A program made the position numbers and the translations under genes. Under the pieces are notes generated by a model. The model saw nothing but the letters and a program-made list of their open reading frames with translations, did no database searches and was not told where the DNA came from. Shown here piece by piece: positions 1 to 11,519 of a DNA stretch of 64,000 nt. Position 1 is the stretch's first letter. Every line of letters starts with the position of its first letter. The stretch is from Podarcis erhardii (Eukaryota), in assembly GCA_964252035.1 (NCBI GenBank), contig OZ176205.1. One strand, 5' to 3'.

Positions 1-29
1 GGCTTATGAGTTCAGGTCCTGTCTAAATA

Positions 30-910
30 AAAATCTTCTTGCCTACCAACAGGAGGTCACTAAGAGATGGGAACAGCCAGACCTCCCTGTGGCGATCACA
101 TAGGGTCCCCGGATGTTTCACCGTCTATTGATCCCTGCGCCACCACTTTATTTCTCGCTGCCACCACCTAGACCCTACCTGGTAGAATACTGAGTCCAGT
201 CAGGATTAAATTGGAACATAAACTTTTGTTTATTTATTGCAGTTTAACAAGCGTGTGGTTTCATAAACAGTATCGGTCAATTACAATCATGGGGTGCCTA
301 TCCAGACCTATAACTTCCGCTACCTGCTCTTACTCACTAAACCACCTCTCAGCTATTTACTTGTCTTCCTAGCCCCTAACTATTCCTGACTCAGCTTATT
401 TTGTTACACTAACTCAACCTACCCACAAACTCTATCCCAATTCACTCCGACTCCAACCAACCACCCAACTCCCAACGAACTCCTCCCTTTGCCCCTCCCA
501 GAGCTGGTTTTGTAGTCCCTCTGACTCCACCCCCTGGGTTCTGATTGGGTAACCTGTTTAACTATTTCACCTCCAGCACTCTCATATGTTAACGTCACAC
601 TTCCTTGGCAAGGACTTCTACAGCAGCCATCAAGAAGGTCTTCTCTTAAGTTCCACCAAATGTGGTTCTGATGTTAGCCGGACTGACAGAAGGACCTCTC
701 TTCGAGAATCTTAAAACCTGGACCGCATCATATAGAAAAATGTAACCTTTCAGACAGCCTCATTCCAAGATGTGTAAGGCTTTGTAGGTGACAGCTAACA
801 CTTTGAATTGTGCCCAGGAATGGACTGGTAGCCAGTGAGACTGTTGTAAATGGGGGGGGGGGAGTAGCCCCCATAACTGGCCCCATCAATTTACGCTTCC
901 ACCAGCTGCA
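30..910 (-). mobile_element. Degraded L2-clade LINE 3' remnant, interrupted by the solo LTR at 88-599
   Basis: Minus strand around 760-840 reads LPVHSWAQFKVLAVTYKAL, matching the L2 ORF2 C-terminal motif (LP.RFRAQFKVLVLTYKAL). Outer boundaries are approximate. Confidence 0.55.
88..599 (-). mobile_element. Solo LTR (512 bp) of an LTR retrotransposon/ERV
   Basis: TG...CA termini with an imperfect terminal inverted repeat (TGTGGCG / TGTGACG). Flanks CTCCC (83-87) and CTTCC (600-604) form a 5-bp TSD with one mismatch. Minus strand has a CCAATCAG box followed later by AATAAA motifs. Confidence 0.7.
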
Positions 911-2002
911 AACCAGACAATGCACAATCAGGCACAGTTCAAGCCAAATTCCCTACAATGTTTCTCAAATTAAAAGTTGACAAACTTCAAACACATAACT
1001 TTTTTAAACATAACCCAAAGCACAGCTGAGTTTCATGTTCAGGGTTTAATGTCCTTTCCCTATCAATGATGCTTACTTCCAGTGCACTGGTCTCAGCAAA
1101 GCACTCAGAGGCACCAGGCAAATACCAGATCAGTTTCACATACCTGGTACCAGCGTATACAAATCAAGAGAGCTGTACCAATTTACTAGGTCAAGTGAGT
1201 GGTGGTGGACAGGAACAAGACACCCACAGGGACCACAGAAATCGCATTTCAAGTGTATTATTCCTTACTCAGGGCTGTTTTCATCTAGTTTATTTTTGCT
1301 TTTGCCACTCCTTTAATAAGAAATGGTTTGCTTTGGTTTATCTTTCTTTGTCTATTTTAAAATCATGTTTCCGCTGAACCTTCCTGCCCCTGTTTCATGG
1401 GAAATTGCTGTTAGCTGGAGGTTGTGCAAAAAAATAATTCTTGCCAACAGCTTTTTCAGGCAGTTGCGACCCAACCACATGCCTGTGAATGAACCAGAAG
1501 CTCTGGAAATGCACTGATGCTGTAGCTTCTGCTTCAGTAGCAAGTCCCCAGACATTGATTTTGCAGTCACAATTAACAACGGTTCCATTCATGAATGCTG
1601 GAGCTAACTGTGATTAGAAATAATTTAGAGGAGATTATGCCACGATTACCAGCCGCTTAGAGAATTTGCAGCAATTGCTCCATTTGCATGCATGTTTTAT
1701 ACTGTCACTTCAGAAGGAATGCTTCCCTGCTATCTTCTTTTTAAAATGTCTTGTGACAGGACCAATGGACTTGAATCCTTATTGAGAATCTAAGTAGCAA
1801 GAATGACCCTTTCGTCACAAGCAAGTTGCTCCTAGCCGTGGCTCTAGTCCACAAATTATGAAGAGTGACATAATATATGGCAGTCACGAGTGTCATTGAC
1901 AAGAAACCCACCCCCCGATGAATTTAACATTCTAAAACTCTTCTCCTTTTTGCACTCCTCTCCCACTGTTACCCTACCTGGGTGGGCATTCCTCTCATTC
2001 TC

Positions 2003-2376
2003 TCTGACCTTTAAAGCCCTAAACGGCCTCAGTCCAGTATACCTGAAGGAGCGTCTCCACCTCCATCGTTCTGCCCAGACGCTGAGGTCCAGCTCGGAGG
2101 GCCTTCTGATGGTTCCCTCAGTGCGAGAAGCCAAGTTACAGGGAACCAGGCAGAGGGCCTTCTCGGTAGTGGCACCTGCCCTGTGGAACGCCCTCCCACC
2201 AGATGTCAAAGAGAAAAATAACTACCAAACTTTTAGAAGACATCTAAGGCAGCCCTGTTTAGGGAAGCTTTTAATGTTTAATAGGTTATTGTATTTTAGT
2301 GTTTTGTTGGAAGCCGCCCAGAGTGGCTGGGGAGACCCAGCCAGATGGGCGGGGTATAAATAAATTATTATTATTG

Positions 2377-2408
<32 letters not shown>
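2003..2408 (+). mobile_element. L2-clade LINE, 5'-truncated 3' end with (ATT)n tail
   Basis: Frame LTFKALNGLSPVYLKERL...RAFSVVAPALWNALP is the L2 ORF2 C-terminus. The 3' UTR ends GATGGGCGGGGTATAAATAAA then (ATT)n. Closely similar to 8184-8572. Confidence 0.85.
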
Positions 2409-2411
<3 letters not shown>

Positions 2412-2469
2412 TTTAAAACCCCTTTAAAATTGATCACTAAAGTCAATCTTATGGCACCTGGTAAAAGTA

Positions 2470-2990
2470 ATTTTTTTTCCCCTACACTTTTGAGGTCCTT
2501 AACAAGAATTCCACAGGACAAATAGGGACAAGGTAGGCCCAAAGATGCAGCACCTTGGAGAGTTCCAAAAGAGCCTGCAAATTGAAGCCTTTCATTCTTC
2601 CAGGACCAGATCACAACCTCCCAGGCTCTGCCCCTTCCTAAAGCGATGTTTTTGAGTCCTTTGGCCTCAAGCCTAGCACACCTTAATTCCCTCCAGAATG
2701 AGTGACATGGAGACACATAGTGTCTCTGCTGAGGATGAGGACAGGTCCTTTGGGAGGGTGCAGGCCCAGAGGTTGTTGACTGGAGGTCTTAATTCAGGGG
2801 TCTCTAGCTCATGGTATCCAAGTTCAGTAGGTTCTAGCTAAGGAATAGCCATTATGCTGGTGTCTGGATATTTATCTCCTCCAGTGCTGCTGATCTGACT
2901 GTCCACTTCCCAGTCCAGCTGTTCAGGGTGGGGTACATGATCGTTCTTGTGGTCTCTTAGCCAGAAGGTTTATATAGGGTGAGGCTGCCT
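2470..2990 (-). mobile_element. Possible highly degraded LINE fragment (endonuclease-like region)
   Basis: Minus-strand GRGRA..(frameshift)..GG..LV segment resembles the GRGGG motif of APE endonucleases; many stops. Weak. Confidence 0.2.
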
Positions 2991-4027
2991 TAGCTTCAGC
3001 CATAAAACTGCACCATCCCAATGCCACACTGAGGTGCAATAACAGGCATGACTTCACATAAACCGATTTCTCTTTTTAAGCATGATGAAATCCACACAGA
3101 ATTCTCTATCTAATGTGTCATGCTCCTGACCACTAAAGAACAGCAAGTCAAATCTTCAGCCCAGGTGGCAAATGAACGTTGAACACTTTCACAGGTTTCA
3201 AGTGAACGCAAAAATAATCACATGCTGGGATAATTAGTCCGCTTTCAGATTAGCCTGGTGCTTATCCTTTGTTTACCTGCACAAGACCAACCATAACCCC
3301 AGGGAAAGCATGGATTGCTGGGGAGTGGAAACTTCACCCCTGGATTCTTAAGGCAAGTGACTCTGTGAAAGCTTTTAGCCAAATCAAAGGGAGAGAGAGC
3401 AACAAAGGCAGGAGACATTACCTACGGCTATCTTTAATTAAGGACACTCTCAAGGGAGATCAGCCCTTCTCTCTTGACCAGCTCGTAATTAAAGAAATTA
3501 GTTCAGGCAGCAACACAAAGAACCCTAAGACATGCACCCTCGTTTATTACGGTCTTGCACTACAACAGACATAGAAAAACAATCACATGTCATTTTGAGG
3601 AAAATGGGCTGTATTCTAGGATACCCATGTCACCTGAAAGCTTAAGGAGGGAAATGGGTTCTATTTCTGACTCTTGTCATCGATGAACTAGGACTTGCGA
3701 TTCCCCCCACCTTCCCCTATTCCCACATTTAGCTCCACTTCCCCCCCAACAAGGATGAATAAAGCTACCAAGAGGTCAAAATTCTTGCCTCATTTATACT
3801 TGGGGATTTTTCTATAGAAGACTCCCACCAAAGACAGATTTCAATTAAGCCACCTCCTATTTATTGCAGCCATTTACTTACTTTTCTTCTTAAACCAAAG
3901 TATGTGACATGGGGGGGGGGGACTGCCCAACCTCAAACACCAAGTATTACTGCAGGAGGTAGTCAGAACTTGAGATTTAGGTCCCCATTAAATGTGGTCT
4001 GAGAGGAACAGGGGTCGTTTCCAAGTA

Positions 4028-4269
4028 CAGTGGTACCTCGGGTTAAGTACTTAATTCGTTTCGGAGGTCCGTTCTTAACCTGAAACTGTTGTTAACCTGA
4101 AGCACCACTTTAATTAATGGGGCCTCCTGCTGCTGCCGCGCCGCTGGAGCACGATTTCTGTTCTCATCCTGAAGCAAAGTTCTTAACCCGAGGTAATATT
4201 TCTGGGTTAGCGAAGTCTGAAACCTGAAGCGTATGTAACTTGAAGTGCATGTAACTCGAGGTACCACAG
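4028..4269. mobile_element. Tc1/mariner-superfamily (pogo/Tigger-like) MITE, family A
   Basis: TIR CAGTGGTACCTCGGGTTA with a near-complement at the right end; TA TSD at 4026-4027 and 4270-4271. Six further copies in the window. Confidence 0.9.
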
Positions 4270-5155
4270 TAGTGTGAGCCCATTTAGGTTTAGGCTGTGT
4301 GTGAATTATCACTTTTAACTACATGTATATCCTTCCCTGCCTCCCAAAGGACTCCAGGATGATTAATACAGATAACAAAACAATTAAAATATCTCAAAAC
4401 AATTCCAAGACAAATGCAGACACTACAGTATGGGCAAGACCAATCACATGGTTTTTCCCCACCTGACCAGCTATGGAATCACATCATAGCACTCCCATAC
4501 CACTGTGGCTACATTTGACAGGAGCCTTAGATAAATCTAAGTAGGGAACAATCATTTTCACTGCATTCAACGAAAACAAATTACGCTTCCACACTGGCAC
4601 AGAAATGGGAGCTCTTGCAGTTTTAAAAACCATACTGAGAAGGCAGACACATGGTTCTGAACAAATTACTATAAATATGATTAATAATGCTATTGCTAGG
4701 TACTAATTTTATGAAACCCCGAAGTGAAAACATACTTTTAAATATCCAGTCCCTCTAGCACAGAAACATCAATAAACCAAATAGGCTCTCCATCCCATTT
4801 TGCCAAAATCACCAAGCTGCCTTTATTCCACAACAGCATTAAGCAATTTGTTTCCTATCAACATCTGAGCCATTCTCCTATAAGTGGTGGGACTCAATTC
4901 TGGGGGGAAAAACCAGGGGCTGCAAAAAAGTGAGTCTATTGACTGCATTTGACATATGCACATTACAGGTTTTAGCTCAAGGGTGTTTCATTCTGTAGTC
5001 CTCTGGGATGCACTATGCTTTGTGGTATAGAGAAGTGTAGATGTAATAGCCTGTTCCTAAAAACCACCCACAACATTCAGGCCAAAGCAAAGCAGAGAGA
5101 AAAATGGCTGCGGGGGAAACAAAAAAAGGGTAACATGAAATGAGCAAACACCCAC

Positions 5156-5673
5156 CTGGTCTTCTTGGGTCTGGCTTTGGGGGGAGACTCCGAGTTGCTC
5201 TTCTTCTCTTTAGGCTCCTTTGGGACTTTGGGCTCCCGAGGCTTTCTGGGTTTCTTTGCCCCCTCCTGCTTGGGCTCCTTGGCCTTCTTAGGCTCCTTGG
5301 GCTTTTTGGGTTCTTTTGGTTCCTTAGGCTCTCTCTTTCTCTTTGGTTTGGCTTCTCTTTCACCCCCTGGTTCCTGCTGCCCCAGCTCTTTTTTCTTCCG
5401 TTTCTTCTTCACCCCAGTGCCCCCACCCCTGTTGTCCTGCATCCCATTAAGGGATGTCACCATGTTCTGCACAATCTCATCGGGCACCTCAACAGGCACC
5501 ACATCCTGCTGGTCCTTCTGGGCCAGGCTCACGCTGGCCAAGTTGGAGATTGTCACCAGGTCATGCAAATCTTCCTGATCTGTGCTGTCCGCAAAAGGGG
5601 ACTGTGGCTTGCATTCAAAGGTGATGGAGGCATCAGACATTGGGGAATGACTCAGCACATTAAAATTTGGCAG
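5156..5673 (-). CDS. CHD6: CHD6 exon 3 (second coding exon, 518 nt): N-terminal Lys/Glu/Pro-rich region of chromodomain-helicase-DNA-binding protein 6
   Basis: Translation LPNFNVLSHSPMSDA...GGGTGVKKKRKKKE...EAKPKRKREPKEPKEPKK...GAKKPRKPRE matches the vertebrate CHD6 N-terminus as I recall it. Acceptor TTTGCAG|CTG (phase 0) and donor AG|GTGGGT (phase 2). Confidence 0.96.
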
Positions 5674-6119
5674 CTGCAAAGAGAACACAGAAAGAAATGT
5701 CACCACACATGTACAGAGGAGTGTGTATTGCTGCTGAGAGCTTGAGAGCCAATCCTGGCCGCTGTATTTAACAAGGTAATGACAAGTGGCCTGTCCTTCT
5801 CGCATGATTTTGAATAAAAGTTAGCTTTGACAAAAACAGCAGAAAGTTTCACTCAGTTAATCCACACTGATGCCAGAGTTTCCATCCAGGTCTTAGGCAA
5901 CCTACCACGTTACTAGGATTTTTCTCTGTGCTAGAAATAGTGCATTCCCTAAAAAAAGGTATGCATGACTGGCTGCCTCAGGATTATGGATTATGACATT
6001 GAAAAATGCATATGCCCGGCAAAAGAAGAGACAGTTGATTATTAAAGGATACATACATACTCAGAATTCAAAGTAAATGCTGGAACAGGTAATATGTGAA
6101 GCCATTCTCTACATACATT

Positions 6120-6460
6120 ACAGAGTTGGAGGAATTAATGCAGATTCTGAAGGGATCCCAGGGGCCATCTACTCCAACCTCCTGTGATGCAGTAATCACA
6201 GCTAAAGCATCCCTGACAGATGGCCAGCCAACCTCTGTTTAAAAACTCTCCGATGAAGGAGGGACCATCGCCTTCTGAGGTAGTTCATTTCACTGTCAAA
6301 ACAGCTCTTACCATGAGAAAGTTCTTCCTAATGTCTTGTCAGAATCTCCTTTCTTGCAATTTGTATCCGCTGGTTCAGGTCCTACCCTCTGAAGGAGGAG
6401 AAAATAAGCTTCCTCCCGTCTTTCATGACACAGCCGTCCAGATATTTGAAGCTGCTGTTG
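6120..6460 (-). mobile_element. CR1 LINE 3' end fragment
   Basis: Reverse complement of the typical squamate CR1 3' region (GAAGGGA-CCCA-GG-CATCTA-TCCAAC...AGAAAGTTCTTCCTAATGT...). Confidence 0.75.
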
Positions 6461-8183
6461 ACCTGACAATTCACACCTGCTGTTGGCCTGCTATGCTAGC
6501 CGGAGGGTGTAAATGACTGAGCTGCCACAGAAACATACCCTCTCTGCTTTGTATAAAAGAGATGTAGCGGGCCCTGTCTCTAAGATAAAATTTTGGTTCT
6601 CTGGGAAATTCTAGCTACCATTGCTGGCCTCTAATCACTACATCACAAATAGCCAAGATCCTATACAAAGATGTATGATTATGAAGAAAGAGGAAAGGGT
6701 GACTAAGGTCTTGACACAGCTGTTCCCCCAGTTGTTTTAGAACTCCCAGCCTTTCAAAACCACTGAAAATTATTATTATTATTAGTAGTAGTAGTAGTAG
6801 TAGTAATATCCCTTCCACAACAGCAATGGCTGTCCTAAAGACATACCTGTCAAGTCCATTATATCAGGAACCATTTTTGTGAACCATTTTTGATACATGG
6901 CAGTGCACTTTAAGTGATTAATTTGTATAGAGAAGAATAGGTATGTGTACTGTTTTGATTGTCAGAAGCATTTCATATGACAACAAGCTGGGCAGAAATG
7001 GAAATTCAGTTCCACTGGGATTTCTTGCATTTCCTTTTCTCCCTGCACCATCTCTAAATCTGTTCCAGAGGTTCCCTCAACCCACCAGAGCAAATTTAGT
7101 GCAGAGGGTAGGGAAGTTCTTACTGCACAGCTAAAAATGCTTGCAGTAGTGAAATTGTTTAGTTGGGTACTGCCCATTGTGCAAGTTCTCATAAAAATAA
7201 GGTAAAAGAGCAGATAGCCAAATAGCCCCTTGCAAACAAATGCACAAGTGGCACCCCTGTCCTAATGTAACTACAACTTAGCCAACATTTCATTACGACA
7301 CAGCACATCCCAAGCAAAATAAACCCTTTCCCACTATCCTGCTAGCACTAACTTTGCCTCATACTCTCTTTCAATCTAGCACAGTGGTCCTCCAAATCTT
7401 GCCAACTCCCATCAGCCAAAGGTTGGTGGCAGCTGTATTCCAATAACACCTGGAAGTACATAGGTTTCCTATGCCTGACCTAGTACAACTTCCGTAAACT
7501 CGCCTTGGCAGGTACCAACATGAGGGAAAATGTGTCTCGAGGCTATGGCTGCAGGAGCAAGATAAAGCTTTGCTATCGCCATCAACAAATAAACAAGTAC
7601 CAACGGATAACCATTTACCACAGTGGCCACTACTTGCAAACTTTGCAAAGAAGCATACGCAGCCACACGCGAACCTGGTTGTACAAACCTGGCTGAACAT
7701 CAGATATCTGGAACAGTAAAGATGTTCTAAAAATCACTTCACTGTGCAATGCAATGCAACAACCCAACTTATCACATGGCTGCATGGGGAAAATCCAGCA
7801 GCAATGAAGCTACATTCAAGCCAACTCCTGTTTTAAATTGAGTTTTCCTGTAATATTCCTGTGTATTTTCAAATTCAGTGTAACACTTTTCAGCTGCTGC
7901 ATTATTTCACAGCAAAGACATAACAGTACACCCAAAAACTTAAGAGAGCATTTCACTGCAGTGAGGCAGAGCTGCCAATTTCAGGGAGAAAGATATGGCT
8001 CTCCTGACTCCTGGCATGGATTAGCAGAGTCATCCTCAGCCATGTAATAAAAGAAACAAACAAACTGGACTTAACGGTCAGGGGTCCCTTTACTCACATA
8101 GTATGAACTCTTGATGAAAAATGAGGTGCCTTTCCTAAAAGACAGTATTTTAAAATGCTTCTGCAAATAAAAAGATTTTATAT

Positions 8184-8526
8184 AAATGGCCTCGGCCCAG
8201 TATACCTGAAGGAGTGTCTCCACCCCCATCGTTCTGCCTGGACACTGAGGTCCAGTTCTGAGGGCCTTCTGGCGGTTCCCTCACTGCAAGAAGCGAAGTT
8301 ACAGGGAACCAGGCAGAGGGCCTTCTCGGTAGTGGTGCCTGCCCTGTGGAACGCCCTCCCATCAGATGTCAAGGAAATAAACAACTATCTGACTTTTAGA
8401 AGGCATCTGAAGGCAGCCCTGTTTAGGGATGTTTTTAATGTTTTATTGTGTTTTAACTATTCTGTTGGAAACCACCAGAGTGGCTGGGGAGGCCCGGCCA
8501 GATGGGCGGGGTATAAGTAATGGTCG

Positions 8527-8572
<46 letters not shown>
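8184..8572 (+). mobile_element. L2-clade LINE, 5'-truncated 3' end with (GAT)n tail
   Basis: Frame NGLGPVYLKECLHPHRSAWTLRSSSEGLLAVPS...RAFSVVVPALWNALP; same family as 2003-2408; (GAT)n tail at 8527-8572. Confidence 0.85.
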
Positions 8573-8575
<3 letters not shown>

Positions 8576-8682
8576 AACCCAGCACTGAAAGGCATATAAT
8601 TTCACTGCCAGGATAAAGATGTATATGATCTGAAGAGAAACCATTGTATATACAGAGAAGACTCTCCTCAGAGAATGGGTAA

Positions 8683-9110
8683 GGGCCATAGTTTAGTGGT
8701 AGAGCATCTACTCAGCATGCAGAAGGTCCCAGTGTGAGAGCCAGTGTGGTGTAGTGGTTAAGAGCAGTAGCCTCGTAATCTGGGGGACCAGGTTCGCTTC
8801 TCCTCTCCTCCACATGCAGCTGCTGGGTGACCTTGGGCCAGTCCCACCTCTCTGAAGTCTCTCAGCCCCACTCACCTCACAGAGTGTTTGTTGTGGGGGA
8901 GGAAGGGAAAGGAGATTGTTAGCCACTTTGAGACTCCTTCGGGTAGTGATAAAATGGGGTATCAAATCCAAACTCTTCTTCTTCTTCCCCCTAGGTTCAA
9001 TCACTGACATCTCCAGGTAGGGCTAGGAGAGATCACTGCCTGAAACCCCTGGAGAGCGGCTGCCAGTCGGTGTGGACAATACAAAGTGAGAGGCACCAGT
9101 GGTCAGACTC
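8683..9110 (+). mobile_element. tRNA-derived SINE (Squam2-like), split by a second SINE
   Basis: A-box-like GGGCCATAGTTTAGTGGTAGAGC and a B box split as GGTCCCAG | GGTTCAATC on either side of the insertion at 8736-8987; body continues to GGTCAGACTCAG. Confidence 0.6.
8736..8987 (+). mobile_element. tRNA-derived SINE with (CTT)n tail (Squam3-like)
   Basis: tRNA-like head AGCCAGTGTGGTGTAGTGGTTAAGAG...GGTTCGC and (CTT)n tail; highly similar second copy at 59109-59359. Confidence 0.75.
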
Positions 9111-10097
9111 AGCTAGCTAGGGATGATGGGAGATGTAGTCCAACAACAGCTGGAGATCCAAGTTTGAGAAAAACAGTCTTAACTTGTAGAGCCAGAGCAG
9201 CGTTTCATCTGCATTGCCGATTTAGATATTGCTAGAATCTCCTTTCCGTCATGAAACCCCACAGATTGGCCCTGGGCAAGTCATTCCTCTCTCAGTCTAA
9301 GCTACCACACAGAGTTATTGCAGCAATAAAATGAGATGATCCCATGTACATTGCCTCAAGCTACTTGGAAGAAGAGCAGGATACTGATGTGATTTTAAAA
9401 ATAGTTTGGAAAAGACTAAACCAATGGCATTTAAACACATCTGCAACTGATGTGGCCATCTGCAATAACTGATTGCAAATATGTAAAAGAATATTGGTGT
9501 CCTTTTATACAGGGAATCTGGAAATACAAATCATAAACATGCTGCAATCTAAATAAGAAAATTGTGACTAGAATTGAGCTTCATATAGTGCATTTACTTG
9601 CAACAGACGTGCCCTCTCCTCCATTGATGTTTATAGTGTGTAATATGTAAAACAATGGAAACAAAAAAAATTAATGAACTACTGTAGCCCCAGCAAACCT
9701 TATCTGAGTCCTGCAGGAACCTCAGAACTGAATTAGATTTGTTACACCTGTACAACTACAATGGAAGAACCCTGATGTACAAAATAATCTGAGCAGTTAA
9801 TGATCTTAAATTTAGTTTTCAAAATAGCTGTTTGAAATGAGTAGTTATTGAAATGTACTACTCTTTCATAATTGAAAAATCAACCTAGTTAAAAATACAG
9901 CTTTAAAATTAACACTGAAAGAAATGGGATGAAGCAGTCACCTTTTCCTTAAATCGATATTTTAAGTCAGTCTGCGTCTATTTCTACACAACTTCTTAAT
10001 AAAGAAGTTAACAATTAATAAGCATTTGTATAATTCCTAACAAAACTCTATTGCTCTTTTCTGACAGATTTGCTTGTTCTCTTAGGTTTGAAGATTA

Positions 10098-10328
10098 CAG
10101 TGGTACCTCGGGTTAAGTACTTAATTCATTCTGGAGGTCTGTACTTAACCTGAAACTGTTCTTAACCTGAAGCACCACTTTATCTAATGGGGCCTCCTGC
10201 TTCCGCTGCTCGATTTCTGTTCTCATCCTGAAGCAAAGTTCTTAACCTGAAGCACTATTTCTGGGTTAGCGGAGTCTGTAACCTGAAGCGTATGTAACCT
10301 GAAGTGTATGTAACCTGAGGTACTACTG
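10098..10328. mobile_element. Tc1/mariner-type MITE, family A
   Basis: Same TIRs and internal sequence as 4028-4269; TA on both sides. Confidence 0.9.
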
Positions 10329-11293
10329 TATTTCTTAGCTAGTTTTATATTATTTTTAAAATCTTTCTTAATCACCTGAAGAGGCAGGATGGCTAAGCAT
10401 ACAATTTTAACAGCATAATTCTATGCAGTCTTACCCAGATGGAAGCATTATTGAGTTCAATAGGACTTACTCCTAGCTAAGTGTTTTTAGTATTGTAACC
10501 TAAATAAATATGACTGCATTACGTCCCTTTCTGGACATTATGAATGTTAAATTGTTGAAAAACACATAAAAACCAAGTTGTTAAAAAATTATTTAATTGC
10601 AAATATGTAGCAGACTTATTTTTTGGAAGAGCAACATGCTTGGCCCATCCTTCATTTTGAATATTATTATATACGGTACATTTTCCTATAAAAGGGATAG
10701 GTGGAATCATTTTGTGGGAACTGGTTGAAAGTCAGACATGTTTTACTTCTATCTACTGTACTATTTTTGATAGGAAAATCAAAACAGGATAAAATTTGTT
10801 GCAGCCTTATCCATGCTTTAAATTAACACAGTCAACATAATTATTTGTTCTGCAGCCACATCATTACCTACTAGTTCAGGCCCCCTATTGGGGAGAATAA
10901 ATAAATATGTTTTCAGAAAATTATACTTCCTAACACCAACTGCAGCTTCTAATTCCATTAACACTTAAAGTTCTCTTGACACATGCAAGTTTTCCATGTC
11001 CAGCTTTGGCATGTGAAATTCTAATGCAGTTAACCAATAGCAGCACAGACACTTCCTTTTCTTTTTCCTTCTCATGTGTGACTTGACATCTGCTCAAAAT
11101 ACTCCATTTTAGCTGCATGCCTATGCCTCCATAACCTTGCATTTTCAAATTTTCACCAATAAACCATCATAACAAAATATCTCACTTAAAGTTAATTTGC
11201 ATCTCTGGGATCATCATAGTAGCAATAGCACAGTTGGATTACAGATGAAGGCAGGTCGGTTCTATACCCCGAAAACACCTGTAGTTGGATATA

Positions 11294-11519
11294 CAGTGGT
11301 ACCTCGGGTTAAGTATTTAATTCGTTCCGGAGGTCCATACTTAACGTGAAACTGTTCTTAACCTGAAGCACCACTTTAGCTAATGGGGCCTCCTGATGCT
11401 GCTACGCCGCCGGAGCACAATTTCTGTTCTCATCCTGAAGCAAAGTTCTTAACCTGAAGCACTATTTCTGGGTTAGCGGAGTCTGTAACCTGAAGCGTAT
11501 GTAACCCGAGGTACCACTG
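11294..11519. mobile_element. Tc1/mariner-type MITE, family A
   Basis: Perfect TIR pair CAGTGGTACCTCGGGTTA / TAACCCGAGGTACCACTG with TA TSD. Confidence 0.92.

Noticed and set aside
1-5155. Search for CHD6 exon 4 (KEQGPTPVEKKKKGKRK-like)
   Set aside because: No matching minus-strand sequence found; it presumably lies left of the window.
5140-5745. 201-aa and 137-aa antisense ORFs over CHD6 exon 3
   Set aside because: Expected shadow frames of a Lys/Glu/Pro-rich low-complexity coding exon.
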